This document shows, one piece after another, positions 9,545 through 19,142 of a stretch of 32,000 nucleotides of DNA; positions within the stretch are counted from its first letter, which is position 1; each line of letters starts with the position of its first letter. The notes under the pieces are model-generated. The model ran no database searches, was not told the DNA's origin, and saw only the letters and a list, made by a program, of their open reading frames with translations. The DNA lies in sequence record NC_043027.1. One strand, written 5' to 3'. Source of the stretch: Bacillus phage PBS1. The position numbers were made by a program, and so were the translations under genes.

Positions 9545-9738
9545 TATTTATTCCCCCAAATGTCTTTTTTATTTTTCTTAACTACACTAACCTCAATATT
9601 ATTGTGATTCTTTTTAATCATTTTACTAGAAGTTTCATTTCTCCCTACAACTTTATTTATACGTTTATTGAAAAGATTACCTGCTGTTCTACCAAGCTTA
9701 CGAGCAAAAGTAACTTTTTCTCCATTAAAATTTTCCAT
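9544..9738 (-). CDS. Hypothetical basic 64-aa protein
   Basis: ORF with GGAGG RBS; stop/start overlap with the next gene. Confidence 0.6.
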   Translation of the reverse strand: MENFNGEKVTFARKLGRTAGNLFNKRINKVVGRNETSSKMIKKNHNNIEVSVVKKNKKDIWGNK

Positions 9739-9754
9739 AATGTTCCTCCACTTT

Positions 9755-10462
9755 TTATTTGAAGTTTCTTATTGTTCTTCCAATTCTCATTGGATCTAAT
9801 ACAGCGGGAGAAATTAATAAATCAATTGCTATATTTTTTGTAAATGAAATATTATAAACATTATAACCTTTTTGAAAATTCCCTTTTAAAACTTTCTTAC
9901 CAAATTTACTTTTTGCTGTTTGTTTTCTAATAAAGCAAATAATTGGTTGAATTAAAAGATGAAAGTTAATTAAAGATAATAAAACTAGTAAAAGAATATT
10001 AATAAAAATATTCAATTTTGTTACTCTTCCTTCTTTAACTGTTAAATATTTTAAATCATTGATTCCCTTTTGTTTATCTCTTCTAACATAATTGCTAACT
10101 GTTGATATAATTGGTGTTTTATTAATTTCTTTCATTTCTTCATTAGTCATTGTATCTAAATTTTCTTCTACAGTTTCAAAGAAACCTTGAATAAATTCAT
10201 TTTTAAAACTTTTTCTTTCTTTTGCTTCTAATTTACCAATCTCTAAACCAATATAATATTCAGTTGCTATTTCTGGTCCAATTCCATACTCAATTATACT
10301 TCTAAAATTATAATGTAAGATAATTCCTTTCTTCCCATGTTGCATACCTAACTCAAATGTGTATGTAAGTAGTTTATGACCAAGTTTTGTATTTTTAATT
10401 ATCTTCATCATAATATTGGGCAAAATATGAACTGCTAATCCAATTACTAAAAATTCTATCAT
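9755..10462 (-). CDS. Putative membrane protein
   Basis: 235 aa; hydrophobic segments at the N-terminus and 'LNIFINILLLVLLSLINFHLLIQPIICFI'; RBS GAGAGGAGG. Confidence 0.7.
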   Translation of the reverse strand: MIEFLVIGLAVHILPNIMMKIIKNTKLGHKLLTYTFELGMQHGKKGIILHYNFRSIIEYGIGPEIATEYYIGLEIGKLEAKERKSFKNEFIQGFFETVEENLDTMTNEEMKEINKTPIISTVSNYVRRDKQKGINDLKYLTVKEGRVTKLNIFINILLLVLLSLINFHLLIQPIICFIRKQTAKSKFGKKVLKGNFQKGYNVYNISFTKNIAIDLLISPAVLDPMRIGRTIRNFK

Positions 10463-10658
10463 TTTTTGTTTCCTCCTCTCTTTAACGGATCATAGAAATA
10501 TCCTATTTTAGATAATATAGAATTAAATATTCATTATTATCACAATTATAATATATATTTGATTATATTTTTTGATACGGTTAATAATATTATTAATTCA
10601 TTTTTCAATTATATATTATAAAGATGTAAGTAAATTTCTAAATAGGAGGATAATTATA

Positions 10659-10862
10659 ATGTCAGAAAAACAGCCAGTAACTATTACTTTTACTGAATTT
10701 AGTGAAGAAGATTCAACAAAAACATTACTAGTGGGTGTAACAAGTGATGGAAAAAGAGAAAGTGAGATTTTTAATAGTCTTATTTTTCCCACATTTAACA
10801 GAATGAGAGCTGAAAGGAAAATTATTAATAAATTAAAATTTAGAAGAAAGTTTATGCTATAA
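10659..10862 (+). CDS. Hypothetical 67-aa protein (first rightward gene)
   Basis: Start corrected from the ORF-track 10572 to ATG 10659 (MSEKQPVTITFTEFSEED...), with AGGAGG 8 nt upstream. Confidence 0.65.
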   Translation: MSEKQPVTITFTEFSEEDSTKTLLVGVTSDGKRESEIFNSLIFPTFNRMRAERKIINKLKFRRKFML

Positions 10863-10968
10863 TATAAATATTAATTCTCATTAAAATAAAAGAAATCAAC
10901 TAATAAATAATTAAGGGTAAAAGGAGAGATACTTTTATTAAAAGGAATTATGGAGAGGGGAAAATCTC

Positions 10969-12081
10969 TTGAAGAATAATGAATTATATGGTTTAGTAAT
11001 AGCAGATATTCACTTTGGGAAAAAAGATGATGTTAAATTATATGAGGAATTAAAGAAATATTTCATAAGTAAAATAGATAACGAAAAAGAAGATATTGAT
11101 TACATCATTATATCTGGGGATTTATTTGATAGGATTCTTAGAATGAATGAAATAGGAAGTACTTTATGTATCAAATTTATTTTAGAATTAGTTGATTTAT
11201 CATTAAAATATAATTTTAAATTAAGATTACTAAAAGGAACTAAGACACATGATTTCAACCAATTAAGTAACTTTAAATACATTGAAGCTAAACATTATCC
11301 AAGATTCAGAATTATAGAAACAGTTGAAGAGGAAGAAATTTTTCCAGATACATTCTTCTTGTATATGCCTGAAGAATACGTAGAGAACCAAGAAGAATAC
11401 TATGATAAATATTTTAATCTAGAAGAAGATGCTAAATATGATATGATTTTCTTTCATGGTACATTTGACTTTGTAGGATTTATCCCAGACATTGAATCTG
11501 AAAGACATGTTAAAAATGCACCTGTTTATGATTCAGACAGAATTGCAGATTTAGTATATGGGAAAGCAATTGGTGGTCATATTCATACTCGTAATATTTA
11601 CAAAAATAAAATTGAATATACTAGTTCATTTAGTAGATTCTGCTTTGGAGAAGAAAAACCAAAAGGATTTGTAGAGGTATTTTATAATCAAGAAACATTA
11701 GAGTGTAGAACCAAATTTATTGAGAATGAAGATGCTCCTACATACGTCACATTTAATATGGACGACATTAAGGGAGATAATTTAGAAGATAAATTAAAAA
11801 TTATTGGGGAACTAAAGAAAGAGTATGACCATGTTAGAATCATAGCAAAAGACATTAATGATGAAGATGTATCAGCCATGAAAAGTTTAGTAAGTCAGGA
11901 TAGTGATGTTAAGCTTGATATTAAGAGAAAAGATATTGAAGATAAAGTTGACGAAGAATATATGTTTATTATTAATAGAGAATATGATCTAACAACTACC
12001 ACTCAAAAATATATTCAGTTAAAATATGGTATTAATCTCACTCTTGATACTATCAATAAAGCTATTATGGAGGAAAAATAA
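10969..12081 (+). CDS. SbcD/Mre11-like metallophosphoesterase (phage recombination nuclease subunit-like)
   Basis: 370 aa, TTG start with GAGAGGGG RBS; motifs 'ADIHFG', 'IISGDLFDR', 'KGTKTHD', 'FFHGTFD', 'IGGHIHTR'. Confidence 0.8.
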   Translation: MKNNELYGLVIADIHFGKKDDVKLYEELKKYFISKIDNEKEDIDYIIISGDLFDRILRMNEIGSTLCIKFILELVDLSLKYNFKLRLLKGTKTHDFNQLSNFKYIEAKHYPRFRIIETVEEEEIFPDTFFLYMPEEYVENQEEYYDKYFNLEEDAKYDMIFFHGTFDFVGFIPDIESERHVKNAPVYDSDRIADLVYGKAIGGHIHTRNIYKNKIEYTSSFSRFCFGEEKPKGFVEVFYNQETLECRTKFIENEDAPTYVTFNMDDIKGDNLEDKLKIIGELKKEYDHVRIIAKDINDEDVSAMKSLVSQDSDVKLDIKRKDIEDKVDEEYMFIINREYDLTTTTQKYIQLKYGINLTLDTINKAIMEEK

Positions 12082-12560
12082 TGAAAAAATCTAAAATGAA
12101 TAAACTGTTAAATGAAATTGAAAAAGAAGGATTATTGATTAAAGGTTTTCATAATGGGATTCCAAATGATATTGTAGTAAAAAATAAGCATGCGGAAAAG
12201 GTAAAATCTAAACACTTTACAGAATACGATTATATTCTTGGTCATGTGCCTCATTCATTAGAACACATTGGAAATTTAGATTATGAGATTGTATTTATTG
12301 CTATTGAAAGCATTGCATTTAAATTAAACAGTGAGATGCAAAAAAGATTACATGACTATGCTTCTGAATTATTACTAAATAATGAAGAAATTGACGCTAA
12401 AGAATTTATTAAGAATGTTAAGAAGTGGAAAATTCCTAGTTATATTAAAACAGGTCTATTTAGTGAAATTGATAATTGGAAAAAGAGTATTATTGATGAA
12501 CTTAGGAATATTGTAACGATTCTCCATAAAGAAAAAAATATGATAAGTGAGCAATTGTAA
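12081..12560 (+). CDS. Hypothetical protein
   Basis: 159 aa; start overlaps the upstream stop (TAATG). Confidence 0.65.
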   Translation: MKKSKMNKLLNEIEKEGLLIKGFHNGIPNDIVVKNKHAEKVKSKHFTEYDYILGHVPHSLEHIGNLDYEIVFIAIESIAFKLNSEMQKRLHDYASELLLNNEEIDAKEFIKNVKKWKIPSYIKTGLFSEIDNWKKSIIDELRNIVTILHKEKNMISEQL

Positions 12561-13110
12561 AATGAAGATAAATAATGATACAACTGTTTGTTTTACTGCT
12601 CATAGACCACATCTATTGTATGGGTATAATAAAAAAACCTCTGGTAATCAAAAGATTATCAGAGTTTTATATAATGAAATTGTTAGACATATTAAAGAAT
12701 ATGGAATAGATACCTTTATAACAGGAATGGCTCTAGGTGGGGATACTTGGGCGGCAGAGATAGTTTTAAAACTTAAAAGTGAATATCCGAATATAAAACT
12801 AGTATGTGCAATTCCTTGTTTTCGTCAGGAAATAAAATGGAAAGAATATGATCGAATGTTTTATCATGCTATATTAGATAGAAGTGATTATGTTCACTAT
12901 GTGTCTAAAAAGGAATATACTAAAAAATGTATGTGGAATAGAGATAAGTGGATGGTTAATAATTCTAAATATGTAATAGCAGTATATAATGGCGAACCTT
13001 GGACTGGAACTGGACTTACATATAATTATGCTGTTAAAAAGAATAGAATTATTACTAGAATTGATCCTTATAAACTAGGAGGTTTCTTTAATGGATACAA
13101 AAATTATTGA
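12547..13110 (+). CDS. YpsA/DUF1273-like SLOG (Rossmann-like nucleotide/ligand-binding) protein
   Basis: 187 aa; 'VCFTAHRP', 'FITGMALGGDTWAAEIVLKLK', 'CAIPCF', 'MWNRDKWMVNNSKYVIAVYNGEPWTGTGLTYNYA'. GTG start at 12547 or ATG at 12562. Confidence 0.7.
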   Translation: MSNCKMKINNDTTVCFTAHRPHLLYGYNKKTSGNQKIIRVLYNEIVRHIKEYGIDTFITGMALGGDTWAAEIVLKLKSEYPNIKLVCAIPCFRQEIKWKEYDRMFYHAILDRSDYVHYVSKKEYTKKCMWNRDKWMVNNSKYVIAVYNGEPWTGTGLTYNYAVKKNRIITRIDPYKLGGFFNGYKNY

Positions 13111-13783
13111 TAAAATTAAAAAAGCGCTTGCATTAGCCAATGATGCTCCAAATGACGAAGAAGCACAAGCTGCAATGCTTGCAGTACAAAGATTAATGGT
13201 AAAACATAATATTTCCATGAAAGATGTAGAATTAAAAGATAATTCTGAGAAGAAAGTAGTACAAGATGATAAAGTAATTGAACCTACAGGTAGAATTTCT
13301 TGGTGGAAAAAACAATTATCTGCTATTATAGCTAAGAATTTTAAGTGTGAAGCATTGATATCAAAATATGCAAAAAATAAATCATCTATAACATTTCTAG
13401 GTTTAGAGGAAGATGTTATTATTGCTAAAAGTGTATTTCAATATGCAGAAAAAGTTATTGATAAATTTGCTAAGAGTTATGTTGGAAAAGTATATAGGTC
13501 AGGTAAAAGTACTGTAGGTGTTAGAAATATATTTATCAATGGTTTCTTAGTAGGTTTAAATGAAAAATTCGAAGAACAAAAGAATGAAAATAATTGGGGA
13601 TTAGTTCTAGTAAAAGATTCTCTAGTAGTTCAAACACTTGAGAAGATGAATTTAAGGAAACATTCAAGTTCTGGTATTAAACCTAAGTTTGCTAATGATA
13701 GCGAAGCATGGGAAGCTGGAAATAAAAAAGGTAAGAGTTTTGCAGATACACAAAAAAGAAAAGGAATTGAGAGTAATGAGTAA
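13091..13783 (+). CDS. DUF2786-like protein
   Basis: 230 aa; N-terminus 'IIDKIKKALALANDAPNDEEAQAAMLAVQRLMVKHNIS' is typical of DUF2786; AGGAGG 7 nt upstream of ATG. Confidence 0.7.
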   Translation: MDTKIIDKIKKALALANDAPNDEEAQAAMLAVQRLMVKHNISMKDVELKDNSEKKVVQDDKVIEPTGRISWWKKQLSAIIAKNFKCEALISKYAKNKSSITFLGLEEDVIIAKSVFQYAEKVIDKFAKSYVGKVYRSGKSTVGVRNIFINGFLVGLNEKFEEQKNENNWGLVLVKDSLVVQTLEKMNLRKHSSSGIKPKFANDSEAWEAGNKKGKSFADTQKRKGIESNE

Positions 13784-14045
13784 AGATGAAATACTTCAAC
13801 TTGTAGCTAGAGATACATTAGATATCTATAAGGGTAATAATCCTAATTATGCTTTGAAGATAGTTACTAAGAATGTCGTAACTCATATTCTATTAATTAA
13901 TAAAGAAACAGCAGAAATATATAGAGAATTCTTAACGAATTCAGGAATGATCACATCACTTATTGATCTTAGTGAATATAATTGGGAAGATAATCCGAAT
14001 AATTATACTATGAGTCAACCAATACAATTAAATAATTTAGGTTAA
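13776..14045 (+). CDS. Hypothetical 89-aa protein
   Basis: Start corrected from 13689 to ATG 13776 (MSKDEILQLVARDT...), overlapping the end of the upstream gene with a GAGAG RBS. Confidence 0.55.
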   Translation: MSKDEILQLVARDTLDIYKGNNPNYALKIVTKNVVTHILLINKETAEIYREFLTNSGMITSLIDLSEYNWEDNPNNYTMSQPIQLNNLG

Positions 14046-14142
14046 TATTCCTATCAAATTTTATTATCAGAAATAAAAAAGAGAAAATAACAACAGATGA
14101 ACATACAAGTGTATAACACCGAGCGTAGAGGAGAATGGTAGG

Positions 14143-15828
14143 ATGTATTTCAAGAAGAAAAGTGGTAAAAAGAAAGATATAGAAGTTGTTGAACTCCCTA
14201 TTAATATAGAGATGTTTGATTCTATTATTCAATATACATTATCTGATAATCCATTAATTACTAAGAAATCTCTTATCAATTTAAGAAAATTAATTAATTT
14301 TATTGATATCAGATCCTATAGTGAAGATTTTTCAAGAATGTTAAGAATAGAATTACTTAAGAAGATTTTAGAAGGGGAATTGGATCAAAATATTTATAGA
14401 GATGCACTTCTTAAAGAATATTGCATAAAAGAATTACCTCATTACTCAAAGGATTTACTTGAATTATTTGAGTCTGGTTATTTTGATGAACCTCTATCTA
14501 ATGATGATATTACGTTTATTAATAAATTTGTAGAAGAAAATTTAACGTATATCCATCTAAGAAGACATTCACCTGACTTAGAAATGGCTTTACAGCAATT
14601 AAGAGCTAGTGATTCTAGTAATCTTCGGTCGATTAATAATACATTAGAGAGAATTGTTGGGGAATTAAATAAAGATATTAAATCTGCCAAGGCTGTTAAT
14701 CAATATGCCGCAATGGATTTTAATATTAACGGAAATACTGCTGATTCAGTAGTAAGAGCAACTATTGAAGAATATAAGAAACCAAATAACCATTTGAAAT
14801 TAGGTATTAAAAATTTTAATAAGATGCTTGATGGTGGAGTTGAGAATGGTCGAGTTTATTTAATCTTTGGTCTGCCTAAAGGATTTAAGTCCGGGACTTT
14901 ATTAAACATCGCAATATGGATTTGTAAATATAATAGAGAGATTGTTACAAAAGATAAAACTAAAAAACCATGTGTTTTATATGTAACACAAGAAAATAGT
15001 ATTCGAGAAACTCTTCAAAGAATATTTGTTCATAGCACTGGTAGTAATATTGAGAACTATACTGAAGAAGAAGCTCTACGAATTATTAGAGAAGAAGTGA
15101 TCGGTGTAGACGAAAATGGTGAAGCACCTATTGATCTCTTTATTAAATACCGTCCTAATAAATCAATTAGTACTTCTGATTTAGATACTATGTGTGATGA
15201 TTTAGAATTAGAAGGATATGAAGTAGTTTGTCTTATTCAAGATTATACTAAGCGTATTAGATCATCAAGCTATAATCCTTCTGATCTTAGACTTGAACTC
15301 GGTTCGGTGGTTGATGATTTTACCGTTATTGCTAAGACTAGAAATATTCCTGTTATTTCAGCTGGACAATTGAATAGGGAAGCATATCGTATACTAGAAA
15401 CTTCATTAGAAAAAGGTAAAAGTAATATTGGTAAGAATCTGAATGCATCACATATTGGGGAATCTGCTTTAATGCAGGAAAATACTGATTATGGCGTAAT
15501 TGTTAATAAAGAGGAATTTGAAGGCGTTGAGTACCTTACATTTAAATTGATAGCATCTCGTGCTAAGAAACCATCAATAACTTATTTTGCACATCCATTT
15601 GAAAAAGGTAATGGATTACGATTAATGGATGATATTCATTTAGCAAAATCATTATCAGAAGATAAAATTGGTGGAGATAAATTTAAAGAGTTTAATCCTA
15701 ATAAGGCAAGGGAAAATAAGGGATCATTCTTTAATAATAACAATAGTAATCAACCAGAATTTCCTCCAGTAGATTTAAAAGTTGAAGCAAATAATGGTAT
15801 TGAAAAAGATAGTGGAATTCCATTCTAA
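14143..15828 (+). CDS. DnaB/RecA-fold replicative helicase-like protein
   Basis: 561 aa; 'LKLGIKNFNKMLDGGVENGRVYLIFGLPKGFKSGTLLNIAIW', 'CVLYVTQENS', 'VVCLIQDYTKRI', 'AKTRNIPVISAGQLNREA', 'HIGESALMQENTDYGVIVNKE'. Confidence 0.8.
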   Translation: MYFKKKSGKKKDIEVVELPINIEMFDSIIQYTLSDNPLITKKSLINLRKLINFIDIRSYSEDFSRMLRIELLKKILEGELDQNIYRDALLKEYCIKELPHYSKDLLELFESGYFDEPLSNDDITFINKFVEENLTYIHLRRHSPDLEMALQQLRASDSSNLRSINNTLERIVGELNKDIKSAKAVNQYAAMDFNINGNTADSVVRATIEEYKKPNNHLKLGIKNFNKMLDGGVENGRVYLIFGLPKGFKSGTLLNIAIWICKYNREIVTKDKTKKPCVLYVTQENSIRETLQRIFVHSTGSNIENYTEEEALRIIREEVIGVDENGEAPIDLFIKYRPNKSISTSDLDTMCDDLELEGYEVVCLIQDYTKRIRSSSYNPSDLRLELGSVVDDFTVIAKTRNIPVISAGQLNREAYRILETSLEKGKSNIGKNLNASHIGESALMQENTDYGVIVNKEEFEGVEYLTFKLIASRAKKPSITYFAHPFEKGNGLRLMDDIHLAKSLSEDKIGGDKFKEFNPNKARENKGSFFNNNNSNQPEFPPVDLKVEANNGIEKDSGIPF

Positions 15829-15838
15829 AGGAGAAAAT

Positions 15839-16081
15839 ATGTCACTACTGCCTAAAATATTTCTTAAAATATCTATTCTTATACCTCTTTTAACTTCATC
15901 AATAGTAAGTACTGAAACTGTGTTAACTAAGTATTTTCCCAATTTGAGTATTAATACTCAAATTGGGATATTTATAATTAACGTTATATTATCTATGACT
16001 GTAAATATTTTAATATTAGAAGAATATGTTAAAAGAAGATTACAGGAGGAAATTAAAAATGAATCAGAGAAAAAGAGATAA
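15839..16081 (+). CDS. Small membrane protein
   Basis: Start corrected to ATG 15839 (MSLLPKIFLKISILIPLLTSSIVSTETVL...), AAAGGAG upstream; two hydrophobic segments. Confidence 0.6.
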   Translation: MSLLPKIFLKISILIPLLTSSIVSTETVLTKYFPNLSINTQIGIFIINVILSMTVNILILEEYVKRRLQEEIKNESEKKR

Positions 16082-16550
16082 AATCCTTGATGATATTAAA
16101 GAACTAGTAACAGATGAAAAAATTTTACAAGAAGAAAATGAGACTCTAAGAGATCTAAAAACTTTTTCTCAATTTCATAGTGAAATGATGAGTCGTTTTC
16201 ATAGTGAATATATTGATTTAGATAAACCTCATAGAAAGCATGAGAATGTTATAGATTTTATTGAAGAATTTACTAATGATTATTTTAAATATCCATATGA
16301 AAAACCAATTATGCCAGAAAAAATATATGTAGAAGTTTTAGAAGATATTTTTGACTATGATGATGAAATAGCATTTAAAAAAGGAGAGAAATATATAGCA
16401 TGGGCTAATACAACTAGTAGACAATATATACTTAAAGTAGATGACATTCAAATGCCTATAGGTAAATATGCCTCTGATCAAGAAGTTATTATATATTATA
16501 AAGATAAATTGAAGTTAGATGGTATTTCACAAAATGGATTTGCATTTTAA
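16059..16550 (+). CDS. Hypothetical protein with N-terminal coiled coil
   Basis: ATG 16059 (MNQRKRDKILDDIKELVTDEKILQEENETLRDLKTF...), AGGAGG upstream; last gene before a strong terminator. Confidence 0.65.
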   Translation: MNQRKRDKILDDIKELVTDEKILQEENETLRDLKTFSQFHSEMMSRFHSEYIDLDKPHRKHENVIDFIEEFTNDYFKYPYEKPIMPEKIYVEVLEDIFDYDDEIAFKKGEKYIAWANTTSRQYILKVDDIQMPIGKYASDQEVIIYYKDKLKLDGISQNGFAF

Positions 16551-16553
16551 CAA

Positions 16554-16594
16554 AATAACCATAGACATAAATATGTCTATGGTTATTTTTTTTT
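16554..16594. terminator. Bidirectional intrinsic terminator between convergent operons
   Basis: Perfect 16-bp stem AATAACCATAGACATA (16554-16569) / TATGTCTATGGTTATT (16572-16587), followed by a T run; A-rich upstream. Confidence 0.92.
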
Positions 16595-16595
16595 T

Positions 16596-19142
16596 TCAAT
16601 AAGAAATTTCAATATCTGTATATTCAACATCTGATTGATCAAAGATACTGAATCCAAAACTACCTTCCAATAGTGGAGAATCAGTATCAGTAAAATCTAC
16701 AATTGGATATCCACCAACTCTGTCATAAACTCTAATTCTATTATGGTACATCATAATAAAAATACAATTATTTTCATCACTTAGATAAGTCTGTTCAGTA
16801 GTTGATAATAATTTTCCTCTTACTTTATGCAATCCATCTGACGAAATATCTATCTCAGAATATTTAGGAGAGATTTTATATAAACCAGATAACATAGGAT
16901 AAACTATTCCTTTGTCTATATTTTTTCTTCTTATAGTATATAGATAATATTCATCCTCACCTTGCATTCTAAAGATTACTCCTAGATTTCCTTGATGATA
17001 TTTACTTCCTTTTACCATAACTTTTAAACGATAATCAGATAAACCTCTATCATCGCCAGTAAAATAATAATTATTTAGACCTGAAGAGTAATCATTTAAA
17101 ATAACACTATTAGTTGTTCCTTTCCAATCAGTGGAAGAAGGAATTAAAATAGATCCTTTATTATCTACTAACCCCCAGTCTGGATTATTATATTTATCTG
17201 GTAATGATTTTATATTAAAGAATGCTTTTCCATTTCCATTAAAATGTTTATATACAACTAATAGATCTACAATCTCTTCCTTAGTAGCAATAATATCTTT
17301 AGTATAAATATCATCAATACCAGATGATTTCTCAAGAATTAGTTCATCGTTCATATAAATTTGTATAACATCATCTCTATTTCCCTGAATCATATATTTA
17401 GTATTTGGAACTAATTTTAATTTAGAATATTGTCTAATTGTATAATTTATTCCTTGTGGGATGAAACCATTAATTGGATTTATATCATCATAAGAAAAAT
17501 TATTATCATTTAAATATTCTTGAGTAAAAATAAACTCTTCATTAATGTCATAAAAAACATTTAAAATGGTATTCTTTTGTTCATTTTTACTTAAATTACC
17601 ATCAGGAGAAAATGCAAATGAAGATTCATTAATATTTTTATATTGTGTATCATTTGAGCCTTTAAATAATAATTGTAGATAAGATGACGGTTGCTCAATC
17701 ATGTCATATTGAAGTTTAAATTTATGCCATCTATTTCCTGATAACTTAATCTTTGCTGAATCATATAAAACAGGTTGGACTTTTAGTTGAGAAATATTCA
17801 CTTCACCATTCAATAGTTCATTATACATTGGTTTTCTCTCAACTGGGAAATCAATAGTGATATTTTTAAGTGTCTTACCTTTAATAAATGTAACAATTAT
17901 AACAGAGTCTGTAAAATTAGCATTATTATTAAAATAGGCATACTCTTTATTATTTTCAAATACAATTTTAGTATTATCTGTATATTCAACTGTTACTGAT
18001 GCACCTGAAAATAATAAGTTTCCATTATCAATTGATTTATAAGTTGTTGTAATAGCTAGATCTCTATATGTCTTAATTAATGAAACATCAAGATTAACTT
18101 TAGCAATATTAGAACCCTTTTCTTGTTTTTCATATACTTTTTTTAGAATATTTTTACCTTCATTGTCTTTGATTAACTCTCCATCCAATACATCCCAACC
18201 ATCAGTACTACCAGTTTTGAAATCTGAATTTTTTGTTTGTGTTTCAAAAATATTCTCATTAATTGTAAAATTTTCACCAAGAGTATTGATTACTTGTTTA
18301 TCATCAATATTTAATTTACAGTTACCCATTACAATGGGTTTAAACTCATATTCATCTTCATTATCAATAAAAATATAACCTTCAAAGAGTTGTCGATAAT
18401 TTTTTCCAAAACTTATAGGAAAACCTGTATCACAATTATCGTCCAATCTTAATTTATTAGACACAAATGTATTGGTTAACATTGCATATTTACCAGTATT
18501 ATCTGTTATCTTATAGATTTTCTTTAATAATTTACCTCTCATAATTGGAGAATATATATCTTTAAAATTATTAACAAAGTCTGTAATAGTAGTAAGTTTC
18601 TTTGGTTTTTCAGGTGGATTTAATGGGCTAATCTTTTTATCATATCGACTTGATAAAATTCTTTTACTTGGTTGATTTAAATCTCTGACAGTCTCTCGTT
18701 CCAATACTGTTGGATTAGACATATTATTTATTGAATTTTTTTCTTTTTCAATAATATCATTAAACACACTTAAATAAGATGGATCAAATATAATAATATT
18801 ATTTTTATTAAATTCATCAGGACGAGTCATATTGTTAATAAATAACAATAAGTACCATAGATCAGTTGTTTCATACAATAAATAGCTTATATATTCCGGT
18901 CTATAAAAGTATTTATCTTCAATAGTATATGTCATATAATACTGCTTGAAAATATGTTCATATTTTCTTAAAAAATTCATTCCAAATTTAATCTTATTAT
19001 CAAATACATAATAACTGCTGATGTTATCAAGGGTAATTTTATTACCCTTGGAATGCGTAATAGAAGTTCTCATGTCGGCGGCAGAACTACTGTTTATTGA
19101 ATTATCATCCATTAGAATTAGTAAGTCATTATCTACTATCAT
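16596..19142 (-). CDS. Baseplate-like protein: N-terminal gp53-like segment with C-terminal LamG/concanavalin-like domain
   Basis: 848 aa; N-terminus 'YYMTYTIEDKYFYRPEYISYLLYETTDLWYLLLFINNM...FNKNNIIIFDPSYL' resembles myophage baseplate wedge gp53; C-terminus 'NLGVIFRMQGEDEYYLYTIRRKN...GSFGFSIFDQSDVEYTDIEI'. Confidence 0.65.
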   Translation of the reverse strand: MIVDNDLLILMDDNSINSSSAADMRTSITHSKGNKITLDNISSYYVFDNKIKFGMNFLRKYEHIFKQYYMTYTIEDKYFYRPEYISYLLYETTDLWYLLLFINNMTRPDEFNKNNIIIFDPSYLSVFNDIIEKEKNSINNMSNPTVLERETVRDLNQPSKRILSSRYDKKISPLNPPEKPKKLTTITDFVNNFKDIYSPIMRGKLLKKIYKITDNTGKYAMLTNTFVSNKLRLDDNCDTGFPISFGKNYRQLFEGYIFIDNEDEYEFKPIVMGNCKLNIDDKQVINTLGENFTINENIFETQTKNSDFKTGSTDGWDVLDGELIKDNEGKNILKKVYEKQEKGSNIAKVNLDVSLIKTYRDLAITTTYKSIDNGNLLFSGASVTVEYTDNTKIVFENNKEYAYFNNNANFTDSVIIVTFIKGKTLKNITIDFPVERKPMYNELLNGEVNISQLKVQPVLYDSAKIKLSGNRWHKFKLQYDMIEQPSSYLQLLFKGSNDTQYKNINESSFAFSPDGNLSKNEQKNTILNVFYDINEEFIFTQEYLNDNNFSYDDINPINGFIPQGINYTIRQYSKLKLVPNTKYMIQGNRDDVIQIYMNDELILEKSSGIDDIYTKDIIATKEEIVDLLVVYKHFNGNGKAFFNIKSLPDKYNNPDWGLVDNKGSILIPSSTDWKGTTNSVILNDYSSGLNNYYFTGDDRGLSDYRLKVMVKGSKYHQGNLGVIFRMQGEDEYYLYTIRRKNIDKGIVYPMLSGLYKISPKYSEIDISSDGLHKVRGKLLSTTEQTYLSDENNCIFIMMYHNRIRVYDRVGGYPIVDFTDTDSPLLEGSFGFSIFDQSDVEYTDIEISY

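Noticed and set aside
10572-10658. Upstream extension of the first rightward ORF (MIRLIILLIHFSIIYYKDVSKFLNRRIII)
   Set aside because: Hydrophobic translation of AT-rich leader DNA; a near-perfect AGGAGG precedes ATG 10659 instead.
10950-10979. 8-9 codon mini-ORF ATGGAGAGGGGAAAATCTCTTGAAGAATAA overlapping the TTG start of the SbcD-like gene
   Set aside because: Could be a coupling leader, but weak SD and expected by chance; not strong enough to report as a feature.
11100-11879. Minus-strand ORFs 11100-11282 and 11688-11879
   Set aside because: Antisense to the well-supported SbcD-like gene.
14008-14232. 74-aa minus-strand ORF
   Set aside because: Antisense to an intergenic region and the start of the helicase gene; composition typical of a reversed AT-rich leader.
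14478-14690. 70-aa minus-strand ORF
   Set aside because: Antisense inside the helicase gene.
18163-18378. 71-aa plus-strand ORF
   Set aside because: Antisense inside the gp53-like gene.
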